The notes beneath the pieces were generated by a model that worked only from the letters and a program-made list of their open reading frames with translations, made no database searches and was not told the DNA's origin. From an uncultured Deinococcaceae bacterium (GTDB lineage Bacteria > Deinococcota > Deinococci > Deinococcales > Deinococcaceae), in NCBI GenBank assembly GCA_964252075.1, contig CAXULY010000009.1, forward strand, positions 76,434 to 140,433: a DNA stretch of 64,000 nt. The letters run 5' to 3'. Position numbers and translations under genes: made by a program. Position 1 is the stretch's first letter, and each line of letters begins with the position of its first letter. Positions 1 to 10,331 of this stretch are shown here, one piece after another.

Positions 1-291
1 GAGGAACAGCACCACGCCGAAGACCAGCACGATCTTGCGGCCGAAGAGGTCGCTGAGCTTGCCGTAGATGGGGATCATGACGGTGCTCGCGACGAGGTAC
101 GCGGTGGTGATCCAGGCGTACAGCCCGGCGGCGATGTTGAGGTCCGTCTGGATGCGCGGCCCGGCGGTCGCGACGATGGTGTTGTCGAGCGCGGCGAGCA
201 GCAGGCCCAGCAGGGTGCCGACGATGGTGAAGAGCCGCTGCTGGTGGCTGTAGGTGGGGGCGTGGCCCGTGGGTGCGGGGGCGCTGGTCAT
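1..291 (-). CDS. MDR-type MFS transporter (EmrB/QacA-like), N-terminal part; runs off the window
   Basis: Manual translation MTSAPAP...[21 protein letters not shown]...[11 protein letters not shown]...[11 protein letters not shown]; its ATG overlaps the MarR stop (ATGA). Confidence 0.9.
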   Translation of the reverse strand, partial: MTSAPAPTGHAPTYSHQQRLFTIVGTLLGLLLAALDNTIVATAGPRIQTDLNIAAGLYAWITTAYLVASTVMIPIYGKLSDLFGRKIVLVFGVVLFL

Positions 292-767
292 GCGTTCTCC
301 TTCGGGGTGCCGCGGCTGGAGTCCTCGCCGAGGTTGTGCGCGAGGTGACGCACCGCCTGGGCGAAGGCCAGTGTCTGGTCGGGCGTGAGGTGGCGCAGGC
401 CGCGGTGGAGCATCTCCAGGCCGCTGGCGCGGGCGGCGCGCAGGACCGCCTCGCCTTTCGCGGTGATGCTGAGGCGCACGCGGCGGGAGTCTTTCGGGTC
501 GAGGTGCCGCTCGATGAGGCCGCCACGCGTGAGGTCGTCGAGGACGCGCGAGACGTTGCTGGGCGGCAGGCTCATGCGTTCGCACAGCTGGCCGGGGTAC
601 ATCGCGCCGTGCTCGATGATGTTCAGCGCGACGAAATCCTTGAAGTCCACGCCGTGTTCGCGGGCGAGGACGGGCGCGACGTGGCGTTTCATGGCCTGCG
701 TGAGGCTCCACCACGCGTCAATGAGTTCCGCGCCGGGCGAGAAATGAGTCGTTTCTGATTCTTCCAT
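288..767 (-). CDS. MarR family transcriptional regulator
   Basis: wHTH with [22 protein letters not shown]; directly upstream of the MFS pump. Confidence 0.92.
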   Translation of the reverse strand: MEESETTHFSPGAELIDAWWSLTQAMKRHVAPVLAREHGVDFKDFVALNIIEHGAMYPGQLCERMSLPPSNVSRVLDDLTRGGLIERHLDPKDSRRVRLSITAKGEAVLRAARASGLEMLHRGLRHLTPDQTLAFAQAVRHLAHNLGEDSSRGTPKENA

Positions 768-790
768 TCCGGAAATATACTAGTCCGGAA
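767..790. promoter_or_regulatory. Probable MarR operator overlapping a leaderless promoter
   Basis: Inverted repeat TTCCGGA-N10-TCCGGAA; minus-strand TATATT 6 nt before the ATG. Confidence 0.6.
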
Positions 791-835
791 AATTTCTAAT
801 GTGCAAGCACCTAAGCCGAGAGGCTTAGCCATGAA

Positions 836-861
836 GAGGGCCGCCCGGTGGGGCGGCCCTC
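836..861 (-). terminator. Stem-loop downstream of the yhgE/pip-like gene
   Basis: GAGGGCCGCCC-ggtg-GGGCGGCCCTC, followed by TTCAT on the minus strand. Confidence 0.6.
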
Positions 862-878
862 CGGACCTGCACCTGCAT

Positions 879-3800
879 TCAGGTGCGGTCCACGTACAGC
901 AGCGGCTTGAACTCCCGGTCCGGCACGAAACGCCAGCGTCGGCGGCCCAGCAGCAGCGCCGCCAGCACCGCCACCAGCAGGATCACCGCCATCTTGAGCA
1001 GCGCCGGTCCGTATACGCCGTTGTACGAGCCGAAAATCGTGGCGCGGAAGGCGCTCACGGCGTCCGTCACGGGCAGGAACGCGTGAATCACCTGGAAGAA
1101 GTGCGGGCTGAGCTCCACCGGGTAACTGCCGCCACTCGCGGCGAGCTGAAGCACCAGCAGGATCAGCGACAGGATGCGGCCCGCGTCACCCAGCAGCATG
1201 ATGAGCGCCACCACGATCGAGAGGAAGGTCAGGCTGGCGAGCGCGGCGGTGAGCAGCACCCCCAGCGGATGCAGGTACCGCACGCCCATCAGGTGCACGC
1301 CCAGCACCACCACCGCGGCCTGCGCGAGCACCAGCAGGGCCGGCACCGCGACCTTGCGCAGGTACCGTGCGAGCTGCGAGGTGCCGCGCCCGCTCTGCGC
1401 GATCTGCAGGTACGGGAAGATGAAGGTGGTCAGCGTAACGCCCACCCACAGGCTGAGCGCCATGAAGTACGGCGAGAAGGCCGTGCCGTTGTTCGCGACG
1501 CTGGCCGTGTTGCGCTCGCGCACCTGCACGCTCGCCGCGAGGCCACTGGGGTCGCCGCCCAGCTGCTCCGTCGTCGCGGGAATGCGGTCGTAGAGGGTGC
1601 TCAGGCCGTCCGCCAGCCGGCGCGCGCCGTCCCGCGCGCCCGCCGCGCCCGAGGCGAGCTGCCGGGCGCCGGTGTTCAGGCGGCCCAGGCCGCCCGCGAG
1701 TTCGCCGCTCCTGTCCGCCAGCGTGCGCGCGCCGCCGGAGAGGCGGTCCAGGTCCGCCTGTGCGGGCAGCCTGGAGGTGATGGTGCCGAGCGCGCCCTTG
1801 ATCTTCAGGTTGCCCGCCACGAGGGCGTTCACGCCCGTCTGCAGCTGCCGCGCGCCGCCCGCCAGGGACGCGGCGCCCGTGGCGGCCTCCCCTGTCTTCT
1901 GCGCCAGCGTGCCCGCGCCGGACGCGAGGGCCGCCGCGCCCGTCTGCAACTGCGCGGTGCCCGCCGCCAGCTGGGCCGCGCCGCCCGCCGCCCGCTGCGC
2001 GCCCGCAGCGGCCTCACCGGTCTTCCCGGCCAGGGTGGCGGCGCCCGTCTGGAGTTGCCCGGCGCCCGCCTGCAGTTGCGCGGTGCCCTGCGCGAGCTGC
2101 GCCGCACCGGTCGCGGCCTTCTGCGCGCCCGCTGCGGCCTCGCCGGTCTTCTCGGCCAGGGTCGCGGCGCCCGTCTGGAGTTGCCGCGCGCCCTGCGCCA
2201 GTCGCGCCGCGCCCTGGTTCAGCTCACGCGCGCCACCCACGGCGCTGGTGGCGCCCTGCTGCGCGTCTTTCAGCTTGCCCGCCAGGGTGCGCGCGCCGCC
2301 CTCGAGGGACGCGGCGCCCGTCGCGAGCCGCTGCGCCCCCTGCGCGAGCGAGGCCGCGCCCGTTCCGGCCGCCTGCGCGCCCTGCTGGGCGGTGCGGGTG
2401 TTCAGCGCGAGGCTGGCCGCGCCGCGCTGCAGCCTCGCGCTCCCAGCGGTCAGCTGGGCGGCGCCGTCCGCCAGCTGCGAGGCGCCGTTCGTGGCGGCCT
2501 GCGCGCCCGCGCCCAGCTGACGCAGGCCACCCGCGAGCTGCGCGGTGCCCTGCTGCAGGTTCGCCGCGCCGTCCGCGAGCTGCGCGCTGCCCTGCTTGAG
2601 CGCCCCGGGCGCCAGGAAGTTCCGCTGCACGCTGTCCGAGAGCTGCCGGGCGCCCTGCGCGAGCTGCGCGGCTCCCTGGTTCACGCTGCTGGCGCCGCTG
2701 GTCGCCTGCTGCAGCCCGCCCTGCAGCTGCGGGAGTTTCTGCGCGAGCTGACCCGCGCCCGCCTGCAGCTGCCCGGCGCCCGTGTTCAGGTCGCGCGCGC
2801 CGCCCGCGAGTTGCTCCGCACCGCCCACCAGCTGCCCGAGGCCCGCCGTGAGCTTGGGGAGTTGCGTGGCGAGCTGAGCCGCGCCCGCGCCAAGCTGGCC
2901 CGCGCCGGTGTTCAGGTCGCCCGCACCCGTGGCGAGTTGCTGCGCGCCGCCCGCCAGTTGCCCCAGGCCACCCTGCAGCTGTGGCAGGCCCGTCGCGAGT
3001 TGCGCCGCACCGCCCTGCAGCTGCGTCGCGCCGCCCGCCAGCGAGGCGGCGCCCGTCGCCAGCTGCTGCGCCCCGCCCTGCAATTGCCCCAGACCCGAGG
3101 CCAGCTGTGGGAGCTGCGCGGCGAGCTGCTGCGTTCCGCGGTTCACCTGCGCGGCGCCGGACGCCAGGGAGGCCGCGCCCGTGGCGAGTTGCTGCGCGCC
3201 GCCCTGCAGCTGCGCGAGACCGCCCGCCAGTTGCGGCAGCTGACCCGCGAGTTGCTGGGTGCCGTCATTGACCTGGGTGGCGCCGGAGGCGAGCGAGGTC
3301 GCGCCCGTCGCCAGCCGCCCCGCGCCCGCCTGCAACTGCCCCAGACCTCCGGCCAGGGTGCTGGCGCCGGTCGTGAGCTGCCGGGCGCCGGTCTGCAAGG
3401 GCGCCAGTTGCGCTGGATCGGGCGCCGCCGTGTTCAGCTGCCGCAGGCCCGCCGAGAGCTGGCTGGTGCCGCCCGTCAGTTGCGTCACGCCGCCCGAGAG
3501 GTCGCGCGCGCCCGCCGCGAGTTGCTGCCCGCCGTTCGCCGCCGTCGCCGCGCCGCTCGCCAGGGAGGCCGCGCCCGTGGCGAGCTGGGCGTTCCCGCCC
3601 GCCAGTTGCTGCGCGCCGTCGCGCAGCTGACCGGTGGCGTCCCGAATGTCGCGGAAGCCCTGCTGCACGCGCGTGAGGGACTGCTGCACGACCGCCCAGC
3701 GGTTCTCGCCGAGGCGGTTGTTCAGCTGGTCGGTGATGCGGGTGGCGACGCTGGTGGCGACGCGACTCGCGAAGTAGCTGGTGCCGGGCGCGCTGTACAG

Positions 3801-4232
3801 GTTCAGCAGGCCGTGCTCGCTGCTGTCGCCGGAGAGGGCGCGCGCGCTGAAGTTCTGCGGGATGCCCAGCGCGAAGTACACGTCGCCGCGCCGCACGGCG
3901 GCCTCCGCGGCGGCCTCACTGGGGTAGCTGATGAGTTTGACGGGCGGGTCCCGGTGCAGGTCCTGCACGAGGTCGCGGCCCAGGTTGTAGGCTTTGCCGC
4001 GCGCGGTGGTGCCCGCGTCGGCGTTCACGAGCGCGACGGGCAGCTGCTTGAGGTTGCCGTAGGGGTCCCACACGCTGCCCAGGTAGATGACGGCGTACAG
4101 CACGGGCACCAGCGCGATCACCAGCGTGCCGAGCCACATGAGGGGGTAGCGCCACATGCTGCGCTCGGCGGGGGTGAGGTTCTGCAAGTCGCGTTGCAGG
4201 GTGCTGCGGGGTCGGCGTTGGGTGTGCGTCAT
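879..4232 (-). CDS. YhgE/Pip family membrane protein with long xxxLxxG heptad repeats
   Basis: N-terminal WDPYGNLKQLPVALVNADAG; C-terminal 5 TM with PYFMALSLWVG and LQLAASGGSYPVEL; start chosen at MTHTQ. Confidence 0.9.
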   Translation of the reverse strand: MTHTQRRPRSTLQRDLQNLTPAERSMWRYPLMWLGTLVIALVPVLYAVIYLGSVWDPYGNLKQLPVALVNADAGTTARGKAYNLGRDLVQDLHRDPPVKLISYPSEAAAEAAVRRGDVYFALGIPQNFSARALSGDSSEHGLLNLYSAPGTSYFASRVATSVATRITDQLNNRLGENRWAVVQQSLTRVQQGFRDIRDATGQLRDGAQQLAGGNAQLATGAASLASGAATAANGGQQLAAGARDLSGGVTQLTGGTSQLSAGLRQLNTAAPDPAQLAPLQTGARQLTTGASTLAGGLGQLQAGAGRLATGATSLASGATQVNDGTQQLAGQLPQLAGGLAQLQGGAQQLATGAASLASGAAQVNRGTQQLAAQLPQLASGLGQLQGGAQQLATGAASLAGGATQLQGGAAQLATGLPQLQGGLGQLAGGAQQLATGAGDLNTGAGQLGAGAAQLATQLPKLTAGLGQLVGGAEQLAGGARDLNTGAGQLQAGAGQLAQKLPQLQGGLQQATSGASSVNQGAAQLAQGARQLSDSVQRNFLAPGALKQGSAQLADGAANLQQGTAQLAGGLRQLGAGAQAATNGASQLADGAAQLTAGSARLQRGAASLALNTRTAQQGAQAAGTGAASLAQGAQRLATGAASLEGGARTLAGKLKDAQQGATSAVGGARELNQGAARLAQGARQLQTGAATLAEKTGEAAAGAQKAATGAAQLAQGTAQLQAGAGQLQTGAATLAGKTGEAAAGAQRAAGGAAQLAAGTAQLQTGAAALASGAGTLAQKTGEAATGAASLAGGARQLQTGVNALVAGNLKIKGALGTITSRLPAQADLDRLSGGARTLADRSGELAGGLGRLNTGARQLASGAAGARDGARRLADGLSTLYDRIPATTEQLGGDPSGLAASVQVRERNTASVANNGTAFSPYFMALSLWVGVTLTTFIFPYLQIAQSGRGTSQLARYLRKVAVPALLVLAQAAVVVLGVHLMGVRYLHPLGVLLTAALASLTFLSIVVALIMLLGDAGRILSLILLVLQLAASGGSYPVELSPHFFQVIHAFLPVTDAVSAFRATIFGSYNGVYGPALLKMAVILLVAVLAALLLGRRRWRFVPDREFKPLLYVDRT

Positions 4233-4286
4233 GAGCGGTCCTCTCGGGGCGGCGGGGCGCCCGTTCACCCTCAGTGTTCCACATTC

Positions 4287-4314
4287 TGACAGATTGTCAA
4301 GTGACAGAATGTCA
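4287..4314. promoter_or_regulatory. Tandem TetR operator sites between the divergent yhgE-like and tetR genes
   Basis: TGACAgatTGTCA (4287-4299) and TGACAgaaTGTCA (4302-4314); TGcTACAGT extended -10 follows. Confidence 0.7.
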
Positions 4315-4335
4315 ATAAGGTGCTACAGTGGGGGC

Positions 4336-4929
4336 ATGACCGCGCTGGACAGCCGCCGACGCCTCCCCTCCGCTGACCGCCGCCAGCAGATCCTCGACGT
4401 CGCCTCCGGCCTCTTCGTGCAGCGCGGCTTCGAGGCGGTCGGCATGGCCGACCTCGCGGGCGCCCTCGGCGTCTCGCGCCCCACCATCTACAGTTACTTC
4501 ACCAGCACTGAAGCGGTCCTCGAAGCGCTGCTCACCGAGCGGCTGCACGACCTGTGGGCGCGCCTCGCGCCGCTCATCACGGCGGGCACGCCGCAACCGC
4601 AGACTTTCGCCACCCTCTTTCACTTCCTGCTGCGCGAGCGCGACACGCTCGCCCTGCTGCACAGCGGCGGCGGCCCACGCTTCCAGGCGCGCCGCCAGGC
4701 CTTCCTCGACGAACTCGGCGCCCGCATCGAGCCGCAGCGCCTCCCCAGCCTCACGCGCATCCCGGACCTGCTGCTGATCGTGACGACGCTCCTCGACAGC
4801 CTCGCCTTCAGCACCGTGAGCCGCGCGGGCCAGCCGCACGCCCCGGACCCCGAGCGCCTCGCGCGGACGCTCGACACCTTCGTGCGCGGCGGCGTCACCG
4901 CCCTGCTCGCCGAGGGCGATCAGCCCTGA
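4336..4929 (+). CDS. TetR/AcrR family regulator
   Basis: RRQQILDVASGLFVQRGFEAVGMADLAGALGVSRPTIYSYF HTH; leaderless start. Confidence 0.92.
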   Translation: MTALDSRRRLPSADRRQQILDVASGLFVQRGFEAVGMADLAGALGVSRPTIYSYFTSTEAVLEALLTERLHDLWARLAPLITAGTPQPQTFATLFHFLLRERDTLALLHSGGGPRFQARRQAFLDELGARIEPQRLPSLTRIPDLLLIVTTLLDSLAFSTVSRAGQPHAPDPERLARTLDTFVRGGVTALLAEGDQP

Positions 4930-4936
4930 GCGGACC

Positions 4937-5566
4937 TCACAGCCCGATCAGGCCCAGCGCGGCGGTCGCCGTCAACTCCTGCCGGAACGGCGCGATGAGC
5001 TTCGCGGTGCGCGGGTCGGCGGGCACCAGCGCCTTCTCGAAATCCGGCGCCTGCAGCGTCTGGAGCGCCTGACCCACCTGCTGCCAGTTCACCTCCGGCA
5101 CGCCCAGCGCGCGGTTCACCTGCGTGCGCACCACCGCGTACCGCGCGGCACTCAGGCCCTCGCGCTGCAGGGCGGCGCGCTGCGCCGTGCGCGCCGCCCC
5201 CAGCTTCCCGCCAAGCTGCCGGAAGGCGTTCAGGGCGTCCGTGACGGAGGGGTTCCCGCCCTGCCCGATCTGGTCCCCCAGCCGGGAGAGCGGCGTGAAG
5301 GCCTCCCCCAGCTCGGCGCGCACCACCCGGCGCACCCGCACGAACTTGCGGAGCTCCGCCTGCGTGATGGGCGTGGCGGGCACCGCGCGCGTGCCCGCGC
5401 CGCTGGTCCCGGTGGTGGCGGGACCCGTGAAGCCCGTGGTGACGTTCTGCACCTGCGCGATGAAGTCCCGCGCCGGGCGGTACACGAGAAAATACCCGCC
5501 CAGCACGACCGCCACCAGCACCACCAGCACGGTCCCCAGGCACCCCGTCAGACAGCCGCGATTCAT
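4937..5566 (-). CDS. Hypothetical membrane-anchored protein
   Basis: GCLTGCLG followed by a TM helix; host-like codon usage. Confidence 0.75.
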   Translation of the reverse strand: MNRGCLTGCLGTVLVVLVAVVLGGYFLVYRPARDFIAQVQNVTTGFTGPATTGTSGAGTRAVPATPITQAELRKFVRVRRVVRAELGEAFTPLSRLGDQIGQGGNPSVTDALNAFRQLGGKLGAARTAQRAALQREGLSAARYAVVRTQVNRALGVPEVNWQQVGQALQTLQAPDFEKALVPADPRTAKLIAPFRQELTATAALGLIGL

Positions 5567-5658
5567 GCCCTCAGTAAAGCAAGGATGGACGTGAGTCGTG
5601 ACAGCGGCCCGGCCGGGGCGCCCGCCCCCTCACCACGGGCCCCCTGCGCGGCGCGCAC

Positions 5659-6627
5659 CTACAGGTTCTTCTTGAAGAACGCCACGGACCGCGCGAGCGC
5701 CGTCCCGAGCACCTGGCTCATGTTGTGGTTCGCGCCCGGGTACGTGATGAGCGTCACGGGCTGGCCCGCCGCCTTCAATTCCTGCGCCAGCGTGCGCGAG
5801 AACGCCACCGGCACTTCCTCGTCCTCCGTGCCCGCCTGGATCAGCACCGGCCGCCCGGCGATGTCCTTCAGGTAACTGTTCGGCTGGATGGCATTGTAGA
5901 ACGCCGGGTTCTGCTTGGGCGTGCCGTACTTCCCCAGGATCTTCTGGCGTTGGCTGTTCGCGTTCCTGGGGGGCGGCTCCGCGCCGGGCTTGCGCGTCCA
6001 CTTCGTGAGGATGTCCGTGTAGGGCGCCACGACGCCGCCCCAGATGTCGGCGGCCTTGATGTTCTGGTCGATGACCATGGAGCGCAGGGTGAGGCTGCCG
6101 CCCATGGAGTGCCCCCACATGCCGATGCGGTCCGGGTTCACGTTCTTGTACTTGCGGACGCTGTTCGTGGCGTTCAGCACGTCGTTGGTATAGCCGGGCG
6201 ACCAGTACCCGCCCTCGGCCTTGCCCTGCGAACTGCCGTGCCCGCGGTAATCACTCTTGAAGGTCACGAAGCCCGCGCGCGCGAAGGCGTCCTGGTACGC
6301 GACGTAGCGCTGCGTGGTGCGGTACACCTCGGGCGGGATGTAGCCGTGGTTGAAGATGATGGCGGGCCAGCCGCCCTTGGGGGGCGTGCCGTTCGGCACG
6401 GTCAGGAGCGCGTAGATCTTCAGGCCGTCGGAGCGGTACGAGGCGACGTAGCGCTTGTAGTTGCTTCCGGCGCGCAGGGCCTGTTCGATGGTGATGGCGC
6501 TGCCGGGGTACTGGCGGGCGCGCATGGTCTCAATGGCGAGCGGGAAACCTTCGGGGCCGGGGTAGGCGGCGGCGGCGGCCGGCGGGGCGAGCAGAACGGA
6601 GAGCAGCAGAAGACGGGCTCGGCGCAT
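5659..6627 (-). CDS. Secreted alpha/beta hydrolase (S9 peptidase-like)
   Basis: Signal peptide; GHSMGG nucleophile elbow; Asp (DEEV) and His (NHN) triad residues. Confidence 0.88.
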   Translation of the reverse strand: MRRARLLLLSVLLAPPAAAAAYPGPEGFPLAIETMRARQYPGSAITIEQALRAGSNYKRYVASYRSDGLKIYALLTVPNGTPPKGGWPAIIFNHGYIPPEVYRTTQRYVAYQDAFARAGFVTFKSDYRGHGSSQGKAEGGYWSPGYTNDVLNATNSVRKYKNVNPDRIGMWGHSMGGSLTLRSMVIDQNIKAADIWGGVVAPYTDILTKWTRKPGAEPPPRNANSQRQKILGKYGTPKQNPAFYNAIQPNSYLKDIAGRPVLIQAGTEDEEVPVAFSRTLAQELKAAGQPVTLITYPGANHNMSQVLGTALARSVAFFKKNL

Positions 6628-6774
6628 GTGGGCTCCTTTGCGTCAGCCTGCCATGCAGCGCGCGGGTCGTCTGCGCGCGAGCACACGCTGGGTTAAACGG
6701 GGGTTAAAAGACCGGGGCGTTCATGCCGCCCCCCTTGCAAGCGGGTGGGCTGGAGGCGTTGAATAGACGCTGTC

Positions 6775-7518
6775 ATGTCTGAAACGATTCAGGTTACCGT
6801 CTGGAATGAGTTCCGCCACGAGAAGAAGAACGAGAAGGTGCAGGCCATCTACCCGGACGGCATCCACGCCGTGATCGCGCAGGCGCTGAGCGCGGCGGGC
6901 CTCTCGACGCGCACCGCCACGCTCGACGAGCCCGAGCACGGCCTGACGGACGAGGTGCTCGCGAACACCGACGTGCTGTTCTGGTGGGGCCACATGGCGC
7001 ACGGCGACGTGAGCGACGCCACCGTGGACAAGGTGCAGGCGCGCGTCCTGGAGGGCATGGGCCTCGTGGTGCTGCACAGCGGGCACTTCTCCAAGCCCTT
7101 CAAGCGCCTCATGGGCACCAGCTGCGACCTGAAGTGGCGCGAGGCGAACGATCGCGAGCGCCTGTGGGTCGTGGCGCCCGGCCACCCCATCGCGCAGGGC
7201 CTCGGCGAGCAGATCGTGCTGGACAAGGAGGAGATGTACGGCGAGCACTTCGACATCCCCCAGCCGGACGAACTGGTGTTCGTGAGCTGGTTCAGTGGCG
7301 GCGAGGTGTTCCGCAGCGGCGCCTGCTACCGCCGCGGGCAGGGCCGCATCTTCTACTTCCGGCCCGGCCACGAGACGTACCCCACCTACCACAACCCCGA
7401 GATTCAGCGGGTGCTGGTGAACGCCGCGCGCTGGGCGGCCCCCACGCCCGGCACGGCGCCCGTGTACGGCAACGCCCAACCGCAGGAGCAGCTCACGTCC
7501 GAAGGGACCGGCGCGTGA
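6775..7518 (+). CDS. thuA: Trehalose utilisation ThuA-family protein
   Basis: [32 protein letters not shown]. Confidence 0.9.
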   Translation: MSETIQVTVWNEFRHEKKNEKVQAIYPDGIHAVIAQALSAAGLSTRTATLDEPEHGLTDEVLANTDVLFWWGHMAHGDVSDATVDKVQARVLEGMGLVVLHSGHFSKPFKRLMGTSCDLKWREANDRERLWVVAPGHPIAQGLGEQIVLDKEEMYGEHFDIPQPDELVFVSWFSGGEVFRSGACYRRGQGRIFYFRPGHETYPTYHNPEIQRVLVNAARWAAPTPGTAPVYGNAQPQEQLTSEGTGA

Positions 7519-8540
7519 AGGTCGGCGTGATCGGCGCGGGCGGCGTCGCGCGCTTCCACTTCGAGGGGTACCGCGCGGCAGGCGCGGAGGTCGTCGCGGT
7601 CGCGGACGTGCACGAGGCGACCCTCGCCGCCGCGCAGGCGCAGTGGAACGTGCCGCGCGGCTACGCGGACTACCAGGCGCTCATCAACGACCCGGAGGTC
7701 GAGGCGGTCAGCATCTGCCTCCCGAACGCCTTCCACCACCCCGCGACCGTCGCCGCCGCGCGCGCGGGCAAGCACGTGCTGTGCGAGAAGCCCATCTCCC
7801 TCAGCCTGGACCTCGCGCAGGACATGATTGACGAGTGCCGCAAGGCGGGCGTGGTGCTGCAGATCGGGCATCACCTGCGCTCAAACGCCTTCGCGGAGCA
7901 GGCGAAGCGCATGGTGGACGCGGGCGAACTCGGGCGCCTCACCTTCATCCGGCTGCGCCAGGCGCACGACTGGGGCGGGCAGCCGCCCCGCGCGAGCTTC
8001 GGGACCGTCGCGAGCGCCGGGGGCGGCACGCTACTCGACAACGGCAGCCACATGATGGACCTCGCGCGGTACTTCGGCGGGAACGTCCGCGAGGTGTACG
8101 CCCGCATGGGCACCCTCGCGTACGACGTGGAGGTCGAAGACACCAGCCTCGTGAACCTCAGCTTCGCGTCCGGCGCGCTCGGCAGCGTGGAGAACGCCTG
8201 GACCGCGACGGGCTGGGAGGAAGGCTTCTGGATTTACGGCACGCGCGGCGCGCTGGAGTACACGAACCGCACGGGCACGCCCGAGATGCGCTTCGTGCAC
8301 CGCACGTCGCCCGGCACCACCTGGGGCGAGACGGACGTCACCACCTACCACTTCGGGGGCCTGGAGGCGCATGCGCGCGGCGTGGTGGAGTTCCTCGCCG
8401 CCGTGCGCGGCGAGCAGCGTGTGATCTGCACGGGCGAGGACGGCCTGGAGGCCGTGCGCCTGATCGTCGCGAGTTACCAGAGCGCCCGCGAGGGCCGCCC
8501 CGTGCAGATGGACGGGGTAACGGCCGAGCGGGTGGGGTGA
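7515..8540 (+). CDS. Gfo/Idh/MocA oxidoreductase
   Basis: GTG overlaps the thuA stop; [24 protein letters not shown]. Confidence 0.9.
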   Translation: MKVGVIGAGGVARFHFEGYRAAGAEVVAVADVHEATLAAAQAQWNVPRGYADYQALINDPEVEAVSICLPNAFHHPATVAAARAGKHVLCEKPISLSLDLAQDMIDECRKAGVVLQIGHHLRSNAFAEQAKRMVDAGELGRLTFIRLRQAHDWGGQPPRASFGTVASAGGGTLLDNGSHMMDLARYFGGNVREVYARMGTLAYDVEVEDTSLVNLSFASGALGSVENAWTATGWEEGFWIYGTRGALEYTNRTGTPEMRFVHRTSPGTTWGETDVTTYHFGGLEAHARGVVEFLAAVRGEQRVICTGEDGLEAVRLIVASYQSAREGRPVQMDGVTAERVG

Positions 8541-8597
8541 CCCACCGGACCTTCACCTGACGTGTGGGCGAGCCAGGGGCACTAGGATGAGTGCCGT

Positions 8598-9278
8598 ATG
8601 AAAACACGATCGCTCATCCTGGTCTCGCTCGGCGCGCTGCTCGCCGCGTGCGGCTCGACCAGCCCAGGCACCCACACCCCGACACCCCCCGCCTCCCCGT
8701 TCAACCCGAACGCCAGCACCGTGCAGAGCAGCGACCCGCGCGTCCCGTACTCCGGCGACTGGGTGTGGGCCGTGGTGTTCCCCGACGACTCCTCCTACAC
8801 GGGCGTCATCAGCATCACGCAGAAGGGCAACAGCACGGCGAACTTCGTGAACCCCGGCATCGGGGCGGCGGCCGTCTGCAACGACGCCACCTGCCCCGTG
8901 GTGGATGACCTCGCGGTGGTCGGCTCCCTCGTCTCTACCGTGGACGGCACGGCGAGCCTGACGGTCGCGCAGGCGACGCAGGCCGGTTCGGTCCGCTGGT
9001 TCGGGCTGGACGACGACGGCGTGGTCGGCACCGAGTTCGAGGGCAAGCCCACGCTCACGGGCGGCGCCCTCTGGGACCCGAGCAGCGACCACGCCGTTGA
9101 GGCCGCGTTCGCGATGGCGCAGGTGAGCACCAACTCCAGCGCGGGCGCCAGCCGCCTGCCCAGCGGGGCCAGGCTCGCGGCGCTGGCGCGCCTGAAGGCC
9201 CCCATCAGCGCGCAGCGCCTGAACCACATGCGGGCCCGGGCGCTGGCGGTGGTGGGCGCGCTGGCGCAGCAGCACTGA
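8598..9278 (+). CDS. Hypothetical lipoprotein
   Basis: Lipobox LLAA-CG after a basic/hydrophobic signal peptide. Confidence 0.8.
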   Translation: MKTRSLILVSLGALLAACGSTSPGTHTPTPPASPFNPNASTVQSSDPRVPYSGDWVWAVVFPDDSSYTGVISITQKGNSTANFVNPGIGAAAVCNDATCPVVDDLAVVGSLVSTVDGTASLTVAQATQAGSVRWFGLDDDGVVGTEFEGKPTLTGGALWDPSSDHAVEAAFAMAQVSTNSSAGASRLPSGARLAALARLKAPISAQRLNHMRARALAVVGALAQQH

Positions 9279-9323
9279 CCTGAAGGCCCAGAAGCGGGTG
9301 GCTCCGTTGCCGGGCCGCCCGCT

Positions 9324-10331
9324 TCAGTACCCCATGACCTTGCGGATCGCTTTCGCGACGCGGGTGGCGTTGGGGCGGTAGTGGTCCTCGATGCTGGTGA
9401 AGGGCGGATACGGCGCGTCGAAGCCCGTGACGCGCACGATGGGCGCGAGCAGCGACTCGATGGCTTCCTCCGCGACGGTCGCGGCGATCTCGTTGTGGAA
9501 GCCCCCGGTGCGCGGCGCTTCCGTCACGACGACGAGCCGCCCGGTGCGGCGCACGCTCTCCAGCAGCGCGTCGGTGTCGAGCGGCACGAGGGTGCGGAGG
9601 TCCAGCACGTCCACGCCGATGCCGTGCGCGCGGGCGGCGTCCGCGGCGCGCGTGCAGACCTCCACCATGCCGCCGTAGCACACGACGGTCACGTCGTCGC
9701 CCTCGCGGGCGCGGCGGGCCTGCCCGAGCGGGATGGTGTAGTGGCCCTCCGGCACGTCCTCCTTCACGCTGCGGTACAGCTTGATGGCCTCCAAGAAGAA
9801 CACCGGGTCGGGGTCCTCGATGGCGGCGAGCAGCAGGCCCTTGGCGTCCGCGGGGGTGCTGGGCATCACGACCTTCACGCCGGGCACGTGCGCGAGGATC
9901 GCCTCGGGGCTGTCGGCGTGCTGCTCGGGCGTGTGGACGCCGCCGCCGTAGGGCGCGCGGATCACCATGGGGAGCCCGAAGCGCCCGCGCGTGCGGTGGC
10001 GGTAGCGCCCGAGGTGCGAGAGGATCTGGTCGAGCGCCGGGTACATGAAGCCCGCGAACTGAATTTCCGCGATGGGGCGCAGGCCCGCGAGGCCCATCCC
10101 GATGCCCATGCCCACGATGCCCGCCTCCGCGAGCGGGGTGTCGAACACCCGCTCCACCCCGAAACGAGTCTGAAGCCCGTCCGTGGCGCGGAACACGCCG
10201 CCCATGACGCCCACGTCCTCCCCGAAGAGGCACACGGTGGGGTCGCGCTCCAGCGCGAGGGCGAGCGCGTCGTTGATGGCCGCCACCATGGTCATGGTGC
10301 GGGTGGCGGGGCGCGTCTCAAGGGTGGTCAC
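9324..10331 (-). CDS. pdhB: 2-oxoacid (pyruvate) dehydrogenase E1 beta subunit
   Basis: [38 protein letters not shown] start overlaps the alpha stop. Confidence 0.9.
   Translation of the reverse strand: MTTLETRPATRTMTMVAAINDALALALERDPTVCLFGEDVGVMGGVFRATDGLQTRFGVERVFDTPLAEAGIVGMGIGMGLAGLRPIAEIQFAGFMYPALDQILSHLGRYRHRTRGRFGLPMVIRAPYGGGVHTPEQHADSPEAILAHVPGVKVVMPSTPADAKGLLLAAIEDPDPVFFLEAIKLYRSVKEDVPEGHYTIPLGQARRAREGDDVTVVCYGGMVEVCTRAADAARAHGIGVDVLDLRTLVPLDTDALLESVRRTGRLVVVTEAPRTGGFHNEIAATVAEEAIESLLAPIVRVTGFDAPYPPFTSIEDHYRPNATRVAKAIRKVMGY

Noticed and set aside
1600..3650. CRISPR array or DNA tandem repeat
   Set aside because: Repeats are degenerate codon-level heptads inside the YhgE ORF, with no spacers
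801..4289. 1162-aa plus-strand ORF and other long antisense ORFs (12419-14536, 53628-57479, the 5' part of 16575-21935)
   Set aside because: Shadow frames of real high-GC genes; Arg/Ala-rich with no motifs
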